Below, piece by piece: positions 17,032 to 30,500 of a DNA stretch of 64,000 nucleotides (position 1 is the first letter of the stretch; every line of letters begins with the position of its first letter). The stretch lies in the IMG/VR virus record IMGVR_UViG_3300042988_001200; one strand, given 5' to 3'. The stretch is from a virus (taxonomy: Duplodnaviria; Caudoviricetes). A program made the translations under genes and the position numbers. A model generated the notes under the pieces. It did not search any database and was not told the origin of the DNA. It saw nothing but the letters and a program-made list of their open reading frames with translations.

Positions 17032-18017
17032 ATTTAGATAATATAAGACAGTTTATTAAACAAGATGATGGTACAGAGTCTATACAAGATATAGAAAAAC
17101 CAGAGTTTCCAGATATATCTAAAGGGTTTAATACTGCTTTTAAAGAGATGCACTACCCTCAAATAGATATGAAATGGGAGTATGGAAGTAATACTTTAGT
17201 AGGAGAAGAAATATGGGAAAGGTCTTTTACCACTCTTGAATTCTTACCTTCTACATCAATTAAAGAGGTTATTCAACCAGATATTGATGAGGAATATAAG
17301 ACCAATTCCTTCTATTTAGTTAGATTCCCCTTTCTAGAATACGAATATAAAGCTACTAAACCCTTCTTTGAATGGGATTTATCTGTTAATAAATACATAC
17401 ATGAAGAGCTGTTCTATCGTAAAAAGAGTAGTTCTATTAGATGGGATAGACCTTTTAATACTTATATAAACCCCAATTCTGATACTGAGATTAAGTATTA
17501 TTTACCTTTAAGCCTCCCTTTTATTAAAGAGTTTGTACCTAATAAAGCTCTAGGATTTCAAGTAAGGTCTGATTCTACCTTTGTAATAGAGAGTAATCAA
17601 ATAGTTTATCCTTCTAATGAATTAATAACCCCAGCTATAGAGTCTCAATATAACATTACTTTCCCTTATATAAGTAATCAAACTTATAGTAATTACATAT
17701 CTATAAGACAGGATGGGGATTACCAGTATGAGGATTTATATCATTTAGTTAATGGTAATGCCTCTCCTACTTATATTGAAATAGACCTTTGGGGCCTTGA
17801 TAAGATACCAAATAGTAAAAGGATCATACCCAATGGAGAAGATTATGAAAGACAAGAGATTCTTATACATCCATCTAATACTCCATTAGAACAAAGGTTA
17901 AAGCCCCCTAATACTAATTTTGATGATAGTGGATTCTGGAATATGGAATCTCCAACTAACTATAAAGATATAGTCAACTATTATGATAGAAAGAGTAAGG
18001 ACTCTAGTTTAAGTTGA
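17028..18017 (+). CDS. Hypothetical protein, probably virion-associated
   Basis: 329-aa ORF coupled by ATGA to the PAAR gene. Confidence 0.7.
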   Translation: MNLDNIRQFIKQDDGTESIQDIEKPEFPDISKGFNTAFKEMHYPQIDMKWEYGSNTLVGEEIWERSFTTLEFLPSTSIKEVIQPDIDEEYKTNSFYLVRFPFLEYEYKATKPFFEWDLSVNKYIHEELFYRKKSSSIRWDRPFNTYINPNSDTEIKYYLPLSLPFIKEFVPNKALGFQVRSDSTFVIESNQIVYPSNELITPAIESQYNITFPYISNQTYSNYISIRQDGDYQYEDLYHLVNGNASPTYIEIDLWGLDKIPNSKRIIPNGEDYERQEILIHPSNTPLEQRLKPPNTNFDDSGFWNMESPTNYKDIVNYYDRKSKDSSLS

Positions 18018-18018
18018 T

Positions 18019-18390
18019 ATGAAAGAGGATAAGATATTAAATTATTTAGTAATGGAGTTAAAAAGGACTCCTAAAGAGGTTCAAAGACTAGGGATTGAAC
18101 TTCTCCTTTTAGAGGATTTAGATAGTATTAGACTACTAAGAAGGCGCTTAAATGATAGATTAAAGACCCCTATTAGTAGAAGTTATCTAAGTGAATTAAA
18201 GATAATGTATTATATGCTTGGCAATTATATTACAGAAGTAGAAGATATTGAAGATACAGCCCCTATAGATATACTAGATTTTATTAAATCCTATGATAAT
18301 CCTTTATCAATTGATGTCCAACCACCTAATGATTTACTCATGTCTAACTCAACAACCTATAGAGCTAGACTCCCTAAAAATACCAAATGA
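18019..18390 (+). CDS. Hypothetical protein
   Basis: 123-aa ORF starting 1 nt after the previous stop. Confidence 0.65.
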   Translation: MKEDKILNYLVMELKRTPKEVQRLGIELLLLEDLDSIRLLRRRLNDRLKTPISRSYLSELKIMYYMLGNYITEVEDIEDTAPIDILDFIKSYDNPLSIDVQPPNDLLMSNSTTYRARLPKNTK

Positions 18391-18541
18391 TATTACTTAT
18401 ATACAACTAGTTATATCTATATTTAATAGAGAGGGGGACTTATTAGATTGTATAAGTGAGTATTTACCTAACTCTATATCTGTAATAAGAAGTAAGGTAA
18501 AGGTGGTTTATAAGATGATAGAGAAGCTAGAACTAGACTAA
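18293..18541 (+). CDS. Possible small hypothetical protein; start uncertain
   Basis: Fills the gap up to the giant ORF, but the only in-frame ATG overlaps the previous gene by about 100 nt. Confidence 0.3.
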   Translation: MIILYQLMSNHLMIYSCLTQQPIELDSLKIPNDITYIQLVISIFNREGDLLDCISEYLPNSISVIRSKVKVVYKMIEKLELD

Positions 18542-21500
18542 ATCCTCATACTCAGAGTTATCTATAGTAAGTTCAACTACAGAGTTGTTAGAGACCATAG
18601 CAAAGAGACCCTCTGGTACAGAGAATTCATTAGATATATAATCCCCTTCAAATATAGACTCACTAACTCTAACCATCTCCTCCCATTGAATAAACCCACC
18701 ATCCTCACTATAGATATCTGGGTCATTAGTATCCTGCTCTGTACTATAAGCCTCTGATATAAGTTGCTCATCTATAGCCTCAATAGCTCTTTCTATAATA
18801 GTAAACTCTGATTGGTTATCTGTTATAGGTTGCATCATACTACCAGCTATACCTGCACCTACCATACCAAATAGTCCTGAGAGTACAGCACTAGTTATAC
18901 TCTGAGCAGCTATCCTTTTACCGCCCATAGCATCATAATCTAGAGCTCCTTTATTACTATTAAATAGATATCTTAGTTTCTCATTAGAGGAAAGTTGACT
19001 AAGTTTAGCTTCTCTATACATCTGAGCTTTATATGAGCTTAGATGAGATAGAGACATCATAGAGTTAATAGCACTCTTCTCTACAAATGGAGCTACTACA
19101 GAAGCACCTAGAGTAAAACCTATTTCTCTAGCTGCTGCTAACCCTATAGCCTCACCTAAATCTCCATCTGTTTCACTAAGAGCCATATTAAGTTTAAAGG
19201 AGCCTCCTATCATAGACTTAGTTAACATAGCTTTAGGGTCTATACTAGTTCCCTTCTTACCGTAGGCTATAGAAAAGATAGTACCCCCCACTATATTACC
19301 TATAGCGTCTGGGTTGATAGTCCCATTAATAACAGCACTACCTATAGTGGTTAGAGCTAGAGGTAATGCTAGTTCCATAAAGTTATTAATGTTATTAAAC
19401 TGTACTGCCTGGGATAGATTATTAAAATTAGGGGTAAGGGACTGGGCGTAAGCATTAGAACTACCTGTATCTACCTTGGTTCTAAGACTGGCTAGTTTAT
19501 GCTGTCTATACTCTGATGTGGCTTTATTATATTGTCTCTCTATCTGTTCTATCTCTGTTATAGAGAGACCATGATTCTCTCCTAATAGAGCTTTAATAAA
19601 ACTCTCTCCCTCTACATAAGAATCTATCTCCTCTTTTTTTCCATACATCTTAGTAAGGAACTCGTTAAGAGCCCTCCCTTTTGCCATAGAGGCAGTGGTC
19701 TCTAACTTATTTGATAGATACTTCTCTAGAGTGGTATTAATAGTATTACCATTTTCATCCTTATACTCCATACTAGAACCAGACTCAATGGCATTAAATA
19801 GAGCTAGTCTAGATTGAAAGTCTTTCTTAGCTTCTTCCTCTGGCATGTTAGCTAGTTTGTATGCAAATGTATCAACTATTTTTCCATTCTCCTTTTTAAT
19901 ACCAGTCATAAGGAGAGGGATATTTCCTTTAAAGTTAGTCTTTAAAAATTCATTAGAGGCAAAGGTATCCCATACAGCAGGTATAGCATGAGAGCTTAGT
20001 TTATTACTTCCAGCTAAATTAAGCATGGTATCCCATATATCAGCTCCTAGTAGTTCAGTATTAGAAGAGTTACCTCCCATTAGGCTAATAGTTTTTTGTC
20101 TAGCTCCTTCCATATCTGTAAATCTACTTAACCCCTCTCCATATTTACCCATCATCTTATCGGTAAATTCTGTAGTAGTATTAATAATCTCTAACATACT
20201 AAGAACCTCTCTAGCTCCTCCTTTATTTGTATCTAGGTTTAAGTAATTAGATTTAATATCCTCTTCATTTTTATTAAAGATTCTAGATAGGATATGAAGG
20301 TTTCTAGAACCCTCTGCTGTATCTGAATTAAATCTTTTATTAATGAAATCTTGTATATCTTCTCCATTTACCTGGTCTCTATCCTTACCTAACTCCCTAC
20401 TTATTATCCCTATATAACCAGAGAAGATGGTGTCTAAGAAGCTACTTTGTTCCCCTTTATCATATCCACTTGCTCCTGTAGTTATGTTATATCTATAGGC
20501 TATAACTAAGGATTCAAGGTCTCTCTTTACCTTTAAAGCTCCAATATCAAAGGCTGATATCTCCTCTTTATTACCAAATGTATTAAGTTCTTGTACTAAT
20601 CTTTCATATTGGGTGTTATCAATACTAAGGTCTGAGGCTAGAATCTGCTCATTCTTAGTAGAAGTAGCCCCTCCCCAGAAGGATGAAACTATTACCCCAT
20701 TCATTAATTTAACTCTTCCATCCTCACTTAAGGTCTCTCTATTTCTCACTAAAGAGCCTAGTTGCATAAATACATCCATACCAACATTAGAGCCAGAGGG
20801 ACCGAACTTACCTGCTTCTCTAGTGATAAGAGCTCTTTGTTTATCTGGATTATCACTTAGGGACTCATATTCACTAGATAGTCTCTCCATATTAGCTATG
20901 AAATCACCTCCAGCTTTAGGTTTAATTCCATCTCTTAATAGTTGGTTTATGCTTTTTATAAAGGCTAGGATTCCCTCTCCTGTATCACTATTTCTCTTAA
21001 TAGAGGATACAAAGTCCTCTTCTTTTATCCCTTGAGAATTATAGAAATCATTATCTCTAAGGAACTGTTTAGTAGATTCCTCTTGAATAATAGAGGATAG
21101 AGCTAGTAAAGGACTCTCTTGATATAAAGTTCCTACAAAGGTGTTATAGGTTTTACCTAGTACATCACCCCCAGCTTTACCCATAATCTTAACCATCATG
21201 TCATAACCAGTAAGAGACATATTAACCCCTGCCCCCTGTCCTAATATAGATTGAAGACTACTTACACTCTTTAATCTAGCTGCATATAAACCACTAGCCC
21301 TAGCTAATATCTCCTCCTCTTGTTCCTTAGATATAGAAGTAGAGTTAGGGGCAATAGATTGTATAGATTTGTACATAAGATCTAATAAATCCTTCTGAGC
21401 CTCCTCTCCCATAAGTAATATACCTAGATAAGTATTTCTATTAGCATTAGTCTCATCTTGGGCTAATACCTTTAATCTATCTTGTAATAAATGAAACCCA

Positions 21501-24500
21501 GAATGGGCATTAGATACAGAAGCTAGATAGCTAAATAAAGACATATTAGGACCATTATTACCAGTAGTAGGTATACCTGTTTGTTGCTTAGATAAAACAG
21601 TAGTCTCTGTATTTATAAAGACATCCTTAAGGATGCTATTCACTTTCTTAATAGAAGAGCCCGTACCCCCTAATCCCCCAAATAGACCTCTACCCTGTTC
21701 TATAAAAGTAAGAGCTACATTCATACTTATATCATTCTGTTGAAAACCTTCTGGTCCTCCTAAGAAATGTTCTACTCTTATACCTAGGTAGTTAGCCACC
21801 TCTTTCTTAACAGCTTTACTAAAAGAGGAACTTTCTAATTGATTTCTCCAGGTGTATAACTTAGCCTTATTATTAGCTATCCTTACTTTATGTTCCTCTA
21901 TCTCACTCTTAAGGATATGAACCCTAGTCTTTTCTTCTTTTATACCTTCTTCTAAAGCCAATCTATCTTCATATGAGGATAAGGGACCTAGACCCCCTAC
22001 TTTATTATCAATGCTAGTATCTAGAGCCCTTATTCTAGCCTCTGTAGTCTTAATCATAATACTGTCACTCTCTATAGACCTTTGTAGGTCCATAAACTGA
22101 CTAAAGATAGTAGTATAGGGGTCCCCATCAAAGTCCCCTATATTCATAGTTAAAAGGGATATGGGGGATAGTAGAGATAATCCTTTATTCCTTTCCTCAT
22201 CGTATTGAACCATAGAATCCTGTCCTATAGCTTGATTAAGTAGAGATATATCTTGTATAACAGTAAGAGCCATTCTTTGTTGTTCACTACCTCCAATGGG
22301 GGGACTTCTAAATCCTAAGACTTCAATACTATCTCTCATGTCTAGATGGTTCATCATTTTTTCCATTAGAGCTATAGAGTTAGATAAAAGACTTTCATTA
22401 AGAGTTAGTTTATATTTATTTACTACTTGTCCTTTAACTACTCTAGACTCTGTAACAGCTAGCTTAGGGTTTATATTTAATAAAGAATATATATTTATAT
22501 CTGGGTCAATAGATTTAAATATCCTTTCTAGAGCTTTAAGGGATGTGTCATTAATAGATTGGGTCTTAACTATCTTTCTAAGTATGGCTAGCCCACTAGA
22601 TAAATCATCTAGTCCCTGTTTATTCTTATTAAGCATATCTATTTGAGATTCTGAGTTCTTAAAGGTATCTCTAGCCCTTCTACTAAACTCTTGACTTACT
22701 GAACTAGAGCTCTTAATATACTCTCCTAGAGCTGTCTCTATAACTATAGCCTTCTCCTTAATATCAGATATACCCCCTAGGTATTTATGCTCATCAAAGG
22801 AGAAACTTTTAGTTTTTTTATAAGTACCTTCTAAAGATTCAATAGTTTGAAGTAATCCAGGTTTATCTTTAGTACCCTCCAAATGTTGATAAATAGAACT
22901 ATATTCCTCTTTAAATCTTTGATTCGATTGAGGTATAATATTCTCGAATCTATATTGAATATAAGCCAATTTCATTTTTATTGGCTCATAGGTAATATTT
23001 TCATTGGCCTCTATATATTTTTGATGTTCTTCTATAGCATTACCTTCTTTATCTTTTCCAAACCATTTAGGAACTTTAATACTATCTATATCCTTATATA
23101 GAGTTTCTAGTTCACCCTCAGATAGAGATGGGTTCTCTAGTTTAAGTTGAGATATAACTAGTTCTTGTTTTCTCTTTTTAAGTTCATCTAATTGATTTTT
23201 AGTATCAGCTTGATAGGTAGTAAATATATTTCTTATAGCTTCTTTAAACAGCTTAATTTCTTTACCTATATTAAGAACTTTATCCTTTAGACTTCTATGT
23301 TGAGAAATTATAGAACTCCTTTGTTCTAGTAGAGTAGTTTTTCTTACTTCTATTAGTTTATTAATAGAGAGGGTTATAGATTCTTCTAACTCTCTTAATT
23401 GATTAAGTTCAGAGTGATACTCTATAGAGTTTCCAGGATGAATTTGCTTTTTAAACTCTTGTATCTCACTTCTTATATTGGCTCTATTAATCTCTAAAGA
23501 TTCTATTAGTCTAGTAAACTCTCTTTTTTCAATAGATTTATCTATTCCTATATCTCTAAGAAATAAAGAAGCGGCTTTCTCTTCTCTTATAATTATTTCT
23601 TTATACTTGGATATAGACTTAGATAAACCCTGGATAGAGGATTTAGTATCTACTTCACCTAATCTACTTTGTATTTCTTTTATAGCTTTACCATTAATCT
23701 CATCATATTTAGATTTAAGTTCCTTTTCTCTAGACATTAGATAAGTAATAACAGGGGAGTACCTATCTAAACTAGATAATCCTTCTATAGAATTTATCCT
23801 AGTAGATAAGTGTTCTATTTCTCCATCTAACTTTTTAATTTGAAGCTCTAATGGACTTTCATATTCACTAATCTCTTGAGTAAGAGCTAATTGCTTTCTT
23901 TCTAATTTAGCTTTATACTCTGTTAAATCAGCCCATTCACTATCGGCTATCTCTTCATAAGGAGCTATCTTTAAGAAATAAAGTCTATTTTCTAATTCCC
24001 TCTCTTCTAATAAAAGTCTAGAAGAGTCTTGTTTATACTCTTTAACTTTGTATAAATGATTAAGTTTATTTTTTACTTCTGTATATTCTTTATCTATTTT
24101 GTTAATATATTCTGTACTATGAATTCCTAAGTGTATATTTCTCTTAATCTTAGATAAGATTTCTAATCTAGATTTATAACTAGAAATATCTTCTTCTAGA
24201 ATTCTATAGCCATTGGAACTTGGATTTAAACCCATCCAAGGAGGAGTTTCCAAAGCACTTCTATCATATATTTTTATACTACTTTTAATTTTATTTATAT
24301 ATTTTAATCTACTTTCAATTTCTCTAGAGTATTGGTATATAAGTCTTTTAGTAGTACCTAGCCAAGTTTCTCCTTCTAATTCACTTATAGTTCTATTAAC
24401 ATATTTATGTTCTTCTTCAAGTTCTTGTTGTATAGATTCTAGTTTCTTTATATCTCTTTCTCTAATTTCCTCGTCCCTTTTTTTAGCTTCTGGTGAGGAT

Positions 24501-27500
24501 AGAAACTCTATAGTAGCATTTCTATATTTCATTTCGAGTTCACTTAATTCTAGTTGTTTACTCTCTAAGGAATTATATCTACTACCATAATCATCTAGAT
24601 AAACACTCTTAGAAGTAGAGTCTATACTCTGTTGAATACTAGTTCTAGCTCTATTTAATCTATTTAACTCATTCTCTAAATCACTTATAGAGTTATTACT
24701 ATACTCATTTCTACTTTTATCTAGTTCTTTCCTTAATACTATAGAGGTAGAATCACTAGGTTTAATGTCTGGAAATAATTCTCTACCTACTAAACTATTC
24801 TGTTCTAGAGTTATATTGGCTCTCTTTATATATAGTTCTTGTTCTACTTTTCTAATTCTATCTTCTATTTGTTGTAGATTATTACCATGAATTAGTAAAT
24901 CTTCATTATTAGGTCTAACCATTATAGTTCCACTTTTACCCTCTTCTTTAGCCTTTTGTATCTGTTCTATAAGGTTTATTTGTTCTTCTCTTAATTTAAT
25001 TAATCTATTCTTATCATCTCTAATAGAATTTAACTCCTCACTTATTCCAATTAAGGAGGAGATTCTATCTCTTTCTAGTTCTAATATCTTAACCTTACTC
25101 TTTATATAACCATCTTCTAAATCAATATCCTTAGAGTTCTTTATTAAATCTAGTTCATATTCCAATTTAGATAAGTTATCTCTAGTGGGTCTCATCCCCT
25201 TAACCTTACTTTCTTGTAGCTTTAATCTATAGATAATACTATCTGAACTATCGATTTCTTCTATAGTTCTTTCTATATAATGAATCTCTTTATTAACATC
25301 TGATAGGTTACTACTATATATTCCTCTAATAAAAGAGGCTATTCTCTTAACTGTTTTATTATCTGGAACTATCTTACTTAATGATTTACCTTCTTCTACT
25401 ATCTTAGTTAATCTAGTTCTTTCACTATTTAATTCTTTAATCCTTTCATTAATAAGGGTTTTATCTATACCCTCACTAGCTCTTTTAAGACTTAATAGCT
25501 CTAATCTCTGTTTATTTAAACTCTCAACTTGGCTTTCTATATCAACTAAATAGCTATTTAGATAATCCAAACTACTAGATATATCAAAGCTACCACTCTT
25601 TTCTAGAGCCTTAAAACTATTTAATATACTAGATAACTCCTCTCTTTTATTTATTAAAGAAGGGAGACTGTTTATTTGATTAATCTTTCTAGATAATGAA
25701 TCTGGGTCATTACCACTAGAATTAATTCTTTGTAATTCATTTAAATCTCTTAACTCCCTATTTATCTCTCTAAAGGTAGGAGCATATGCTTCAATATGGC
25801 TCTGAACTCTCTTATAATATTCACTGAACAATACAGATACTGGTATAGAATCCACCCCAGTAGCTACTTGTAAAACCCTTCTTATATTACCTAGTTCCAA
25901 TTGATTAGCTTTACTTAATCTCTCTTTAAATATAGAACTAGCCTCATTTACTAGTTTTAATACTTCTTCTGGGAGATTATAATAAAGGTCTTCTTGTATA
26001 GATGGAAATATGGAATAATCAACTAGATTACTTTGAAATATAGAGAAGAATATATTTAAATCCATACCTGCTGGACCACTAACTCTATTATTAATGTCTA
26101 GAGTCATCTTATATAAGAACTCGGAAGGGATATTATATCTGTATTCATTATTTAAGAAAGGCTTAGTTGTCTTCTCATAAACTATACCTTTATTCGTCTT
26201 AATCCTATTTATTTCATCTTCTAATACCTCTAGTTCTATAAGAAAGATTCCCTCTTTATATACTTTAGAACCCTCACTTAATCTTTTCCATTTATTGAAT
26301 TTAGTCTTATCTCTTTTATATGCCTTATTTTCCTCTATATCTCCTTCCACTAATCCGCTTCTTTTTATCCTTTCAGCCTCTAGTTTAGCTAGTTCTACAG
26401 CTAAAGAATCTCCCTGATTCTTACCTATTTGTATATTAGATAGGAGTTCAAGTCTAGATAAAAGGCTATTAGCCTGTCTATTAAGGGGTTCTATAACAGC
26501 AGTATCTTCTTGGTTTATACTCCCTAACTTACCAATAAGAGAGTCCACTTCTTTCTTTATAGTTAGAACTTCATCAATATACGACATACCTAAAGGAGAA
26601 AGTCCCCCTCTAACTGCTAATAAAGCTGCTCTAATAACATTCTGTTCCTTATAAGAGCTACTAGAATTACCTATATTCTCTAGTAAACTAACTAATTCAT
26701 AACGTTCAGGACTAGCACTAGTATATCTATTAAGAGCCTCTTTAGCTAATAGAATACTACCATTAGGTATTAACCAAGAAGCTGCTGATGAGGTTACAGC
26801 TCCACTATGTCTAGTTTTAAATCCAATAGCAGCTTGAGCTCTAGTACCAGCACTAGCCTCTGCCATAAGATTAACTATACCCTGGTCTCCAAAAGCATAG
26901 GAGTAGAACTTCTTAAGTAGTATAAGTTCTTCTTTATCTAGTTCAATAACACCTGTACCTTCTTCCTTAGCTCTAACAATCTTATCTCTAACATTAGACA
27001 TAGCAGTACCAGGAGCAAAGGCACTAGCTAGAAATATGGTTCTACTTACTATCTCATCAATATAAGAACCATAGGCATCACCTAATCCTTTAAGTTCAGC
27101 TCCACTCATAAGATAACTATAATACTTCTGACTATAGTCCAGCTCTAGTCTTACCTTACCCCCTATGTCATTACTACTATCCTCTGACATATATATCTGA
27201 GGAAGACTAAAGGCAAAGCTCTTATAGTTTAACTGGTCTAGTATAGGGGATACAGAACCAGCTCCAAAGGGTTTATCACTATGTAATTGATAGTACCTAC
27301 TTATATCTAATAACCTTCTAGAACTTATATTATCTAATAAAGTAAGAGCCCCAGTTATATCAAATCCAGACCCCATCTTATCTTTCATATCTACAATAAT
27401 CCCTCTTATAGCCTCATTCTCTGATGGGTTATAGGTCATTAATTGATTAATCTTTTCTATGGTATCTATCCTACTCTCAGGTGTAAGGTTATTACTATCT

Positions 27501-30500
27501 AGCTCCTTTATTAATATATTAACTACATTATTTACTAGAGCTCCATATGACTCATAGTCCTTCTTATATTGATTTAAATAGGCTGTAGTCCTAGCATCTA
27601 CCCCAGCATATATACCTAAGAACTTACTCTTATGTAATTGAGAACCTAGTCTTATATCTGATATGTCATATACTTTTTTATCTATCCAATCTCTATCCCT
27701 TATATCCCCACTTACACTATGTAAAGTTGCACTATCTGATACAACAGATAACATATTAGCAACTATAGTTCTTAATGAGGATATAGACCCTTGTTCTTGG
27801 AAGGATGAACTTACTTGCATAAGGGGTTTAAGTAAGTGCTGATATTCCAGAGCTCCTGTAGACTTAGAACCTATAGACTCCTTACTCTCAGAGGCTAGTA
27901 GGTCTGTGAATAATCTTATAACTGTAGATTGAGTAGTAAATCCTCTTACCATAGCTCTAACAGCATTAAGATAATCTAAAGATTCCTTCTCCTCTTTATC
28001 TAAAGATGTTAATGACCTTTTCTCTAATAGAGAACCCCTCTCTAGTTTATTAAGGTCCACATCCCCCATAATAGAAGCTATTTGTTTAATAATTTCATTG
28101 TTATTAAAATCTATTTCTGTAGGTATGGTTATGCCATCATTATCATATTTAGATAGTTGGGCTATAAGGTCTAGGGAACCAGCTAGTATAGAAGCCTCTC
28201 TTTCAAAGGGGTTATCTATTCTAATAAACTCTCTACCCACTAGACCTTTACCTTCTCCTAGATCTGATACTAGTTTTCTCTCTAACCATGAAGTGATATA
28301 ATTAATACCCTCTTGTTCCCCTTTAGCTGCTTTAAGTAACATCTGAGAATCTAGTAGAGCTAAGGAAGGTGTCTGTTGAGTATTAAACAATCCCTTTGTC
28401 TTAGATACTAGAGCATTACCAAACATAGAACCAAACTTAGTTCTTATATCTTGGTACTTGTGGTAATTAGGGTCACTATCATTGAATATGGCATTTATAG
28501 CAGTATCAAAGTCCCCTAATCCAGTAATAGCTCCTACTAATTCAGAGGACCCGTTTAAATGACTAATAACAGTTCCTAGAGCCTGATTCCTAAAGAAGGA
28601 ACCCATTTCCCCTTTAATACTAGATTCAAATAGAATCGTATTAATATCCTTCTTTACATCAGAATCCATCCACTCATTACCAAAGGCTAGGGCTAAGGAT
28701 AGTAATAGTTTATTCCCTTTCTTATTAGATATAGTATTAGGATTAAACTCACTTATAAGAGAACGTAATAGCTGTTCGTTTCTTACTATATGGGAACCAT
28801 GAGAATAGAAATGACTCTTTAAGTTAGTGGGGTTAAAAAGACCAAATATAGAGCCCACATCTACTTTTGTATATCCATCCTGAGTCTTATTGAATTGGGC
28901 AGCTAGATAGGAGAAGAAGTCCATGTTTTGATATCTACTATCTTTAATATCCAGGAAGTCAGTGGATGTGAATTTAAGTACAGCCTTAGCTAGAGTACCA
29001 ATACCCTCAACTCTTCTACCCCCCTCTAGAATAAAGGAGCGGTTATATACCATTTCCCATATAAGCTGGTTATTATCAGCATTACCTGTTAATTGTTTAG
29101 AGCTTACTAGATATTCTATAGAGTTAGCTGCATTCCTATGCCAAGTCTGTCTATCTAATCTAGAGACATTAGGTAAATCATCTATAGTTCTAAAGTTATC
29201 TATTACTCCATTAAGGAATGCCACCTGGTCCCTAGAGTCTACCATTGATTTAAGGACATAATGTCCAGACTCTCTATCTAAAGAATAATACTTATTAAAC
29301 TCTGTACCTAATACTGCTTGTTTAAGAGTAGATAAAACATCCTTTGATTGATTAATAAGCTCAATAGATTGTTTAACTCCACTAGTTGTTTCACTTATTA
29401 ACTCACTAGAGTTACCCCATACTAGAACTCTATTAGTATCAGTATCAAAGGTTATGATATCTCCTTTACGGGCTAGTAGTTTACCATTAGAGACCCAATC
29501 CTCTGATAGTTTAGAGGACTTCTGTTTCTTCTCTGCTTTCTCTATAAAGCCACTCATAGTTCTAATCTTAGACATAACCTCCACTCTTTCATTTAGAGGT
29601 ATGTTCTTATAGCCTTTATATTGTTTTATTAAAGAATGTAACTCTTTAATGTCATCATTACTTCCACCATATAGGGGGTTGGCATAGGCATAATCACTAA
29701 AGTCTCCAGTTAGTTGAACTAATATAACTGGATTAAGTCCTTCTGTTGTACCAGTAAACCCCTTGGTTCCAGAGGCTAAACTATCAGCACTTCTCGCTCT
29801 ATATAACAACATAAAGCGAGCTAATGAAATGTCCCCTCTTCTATATTCAAAGTCTTCTTCTTTAAATCCAAAGTCTTCTTTTAACTCTTCTTTAGCTTGT
29901 TCTACTATAGATGCTAACTCACTGGTCATAACCCCTCTAAATCCACTAGCATTTATAATTCCAATACTTAAGTCCTCACCTAAGTAACTCTCAGCTTTAA
30001 GATATAGATGATTTAGTTTATGTAATATAGTTTGTTTAGATTGATTATTTAATCCTTTTGTTCTATCTATAGCTATTTCTATTAGTCTATTAAAGGAGTA
30101 AAGTCCTATATTATCTTCTTGAACTACTATTTTCAGATTATCCAGGACCTTCTTTGTATTAGTATCTATACCAGAATTTGTAGTGTTAAGTCTATTAAAT
30201 AGGGTTTCTACTACTTGAACTTTAATATTTAGACTTCTCTTTTCTATAATATTATTAACATTACCCTTTGTTAAAAGGGCATAGGATATTTCTTTATCTA
30301 TTTCATACATACCCCTAGTTCCTAGTTTATTCTTCATTCTTTGGGGTACTTGACTAACTTTCTTAGCAACATTATAAGTATAAGTAACTATTTCATCACT
30401 ATATTTAAAGCCACTTCCATCAATAATTCTTTCATATTTACTATCAATCTTTTGGATAAGACTAGATTCAAAGGTACTTTTACCCCCCTTTCTTCTATTT

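Noticed and set aside
22330-26730. Insert in the RNAP barrel as an intein or intron-encoded protein
   Set aside because: No Cys/Ser-start and His-Asn-end splice motifs or LAGLIDADG blocks were seen; the composition is coiled-coil.
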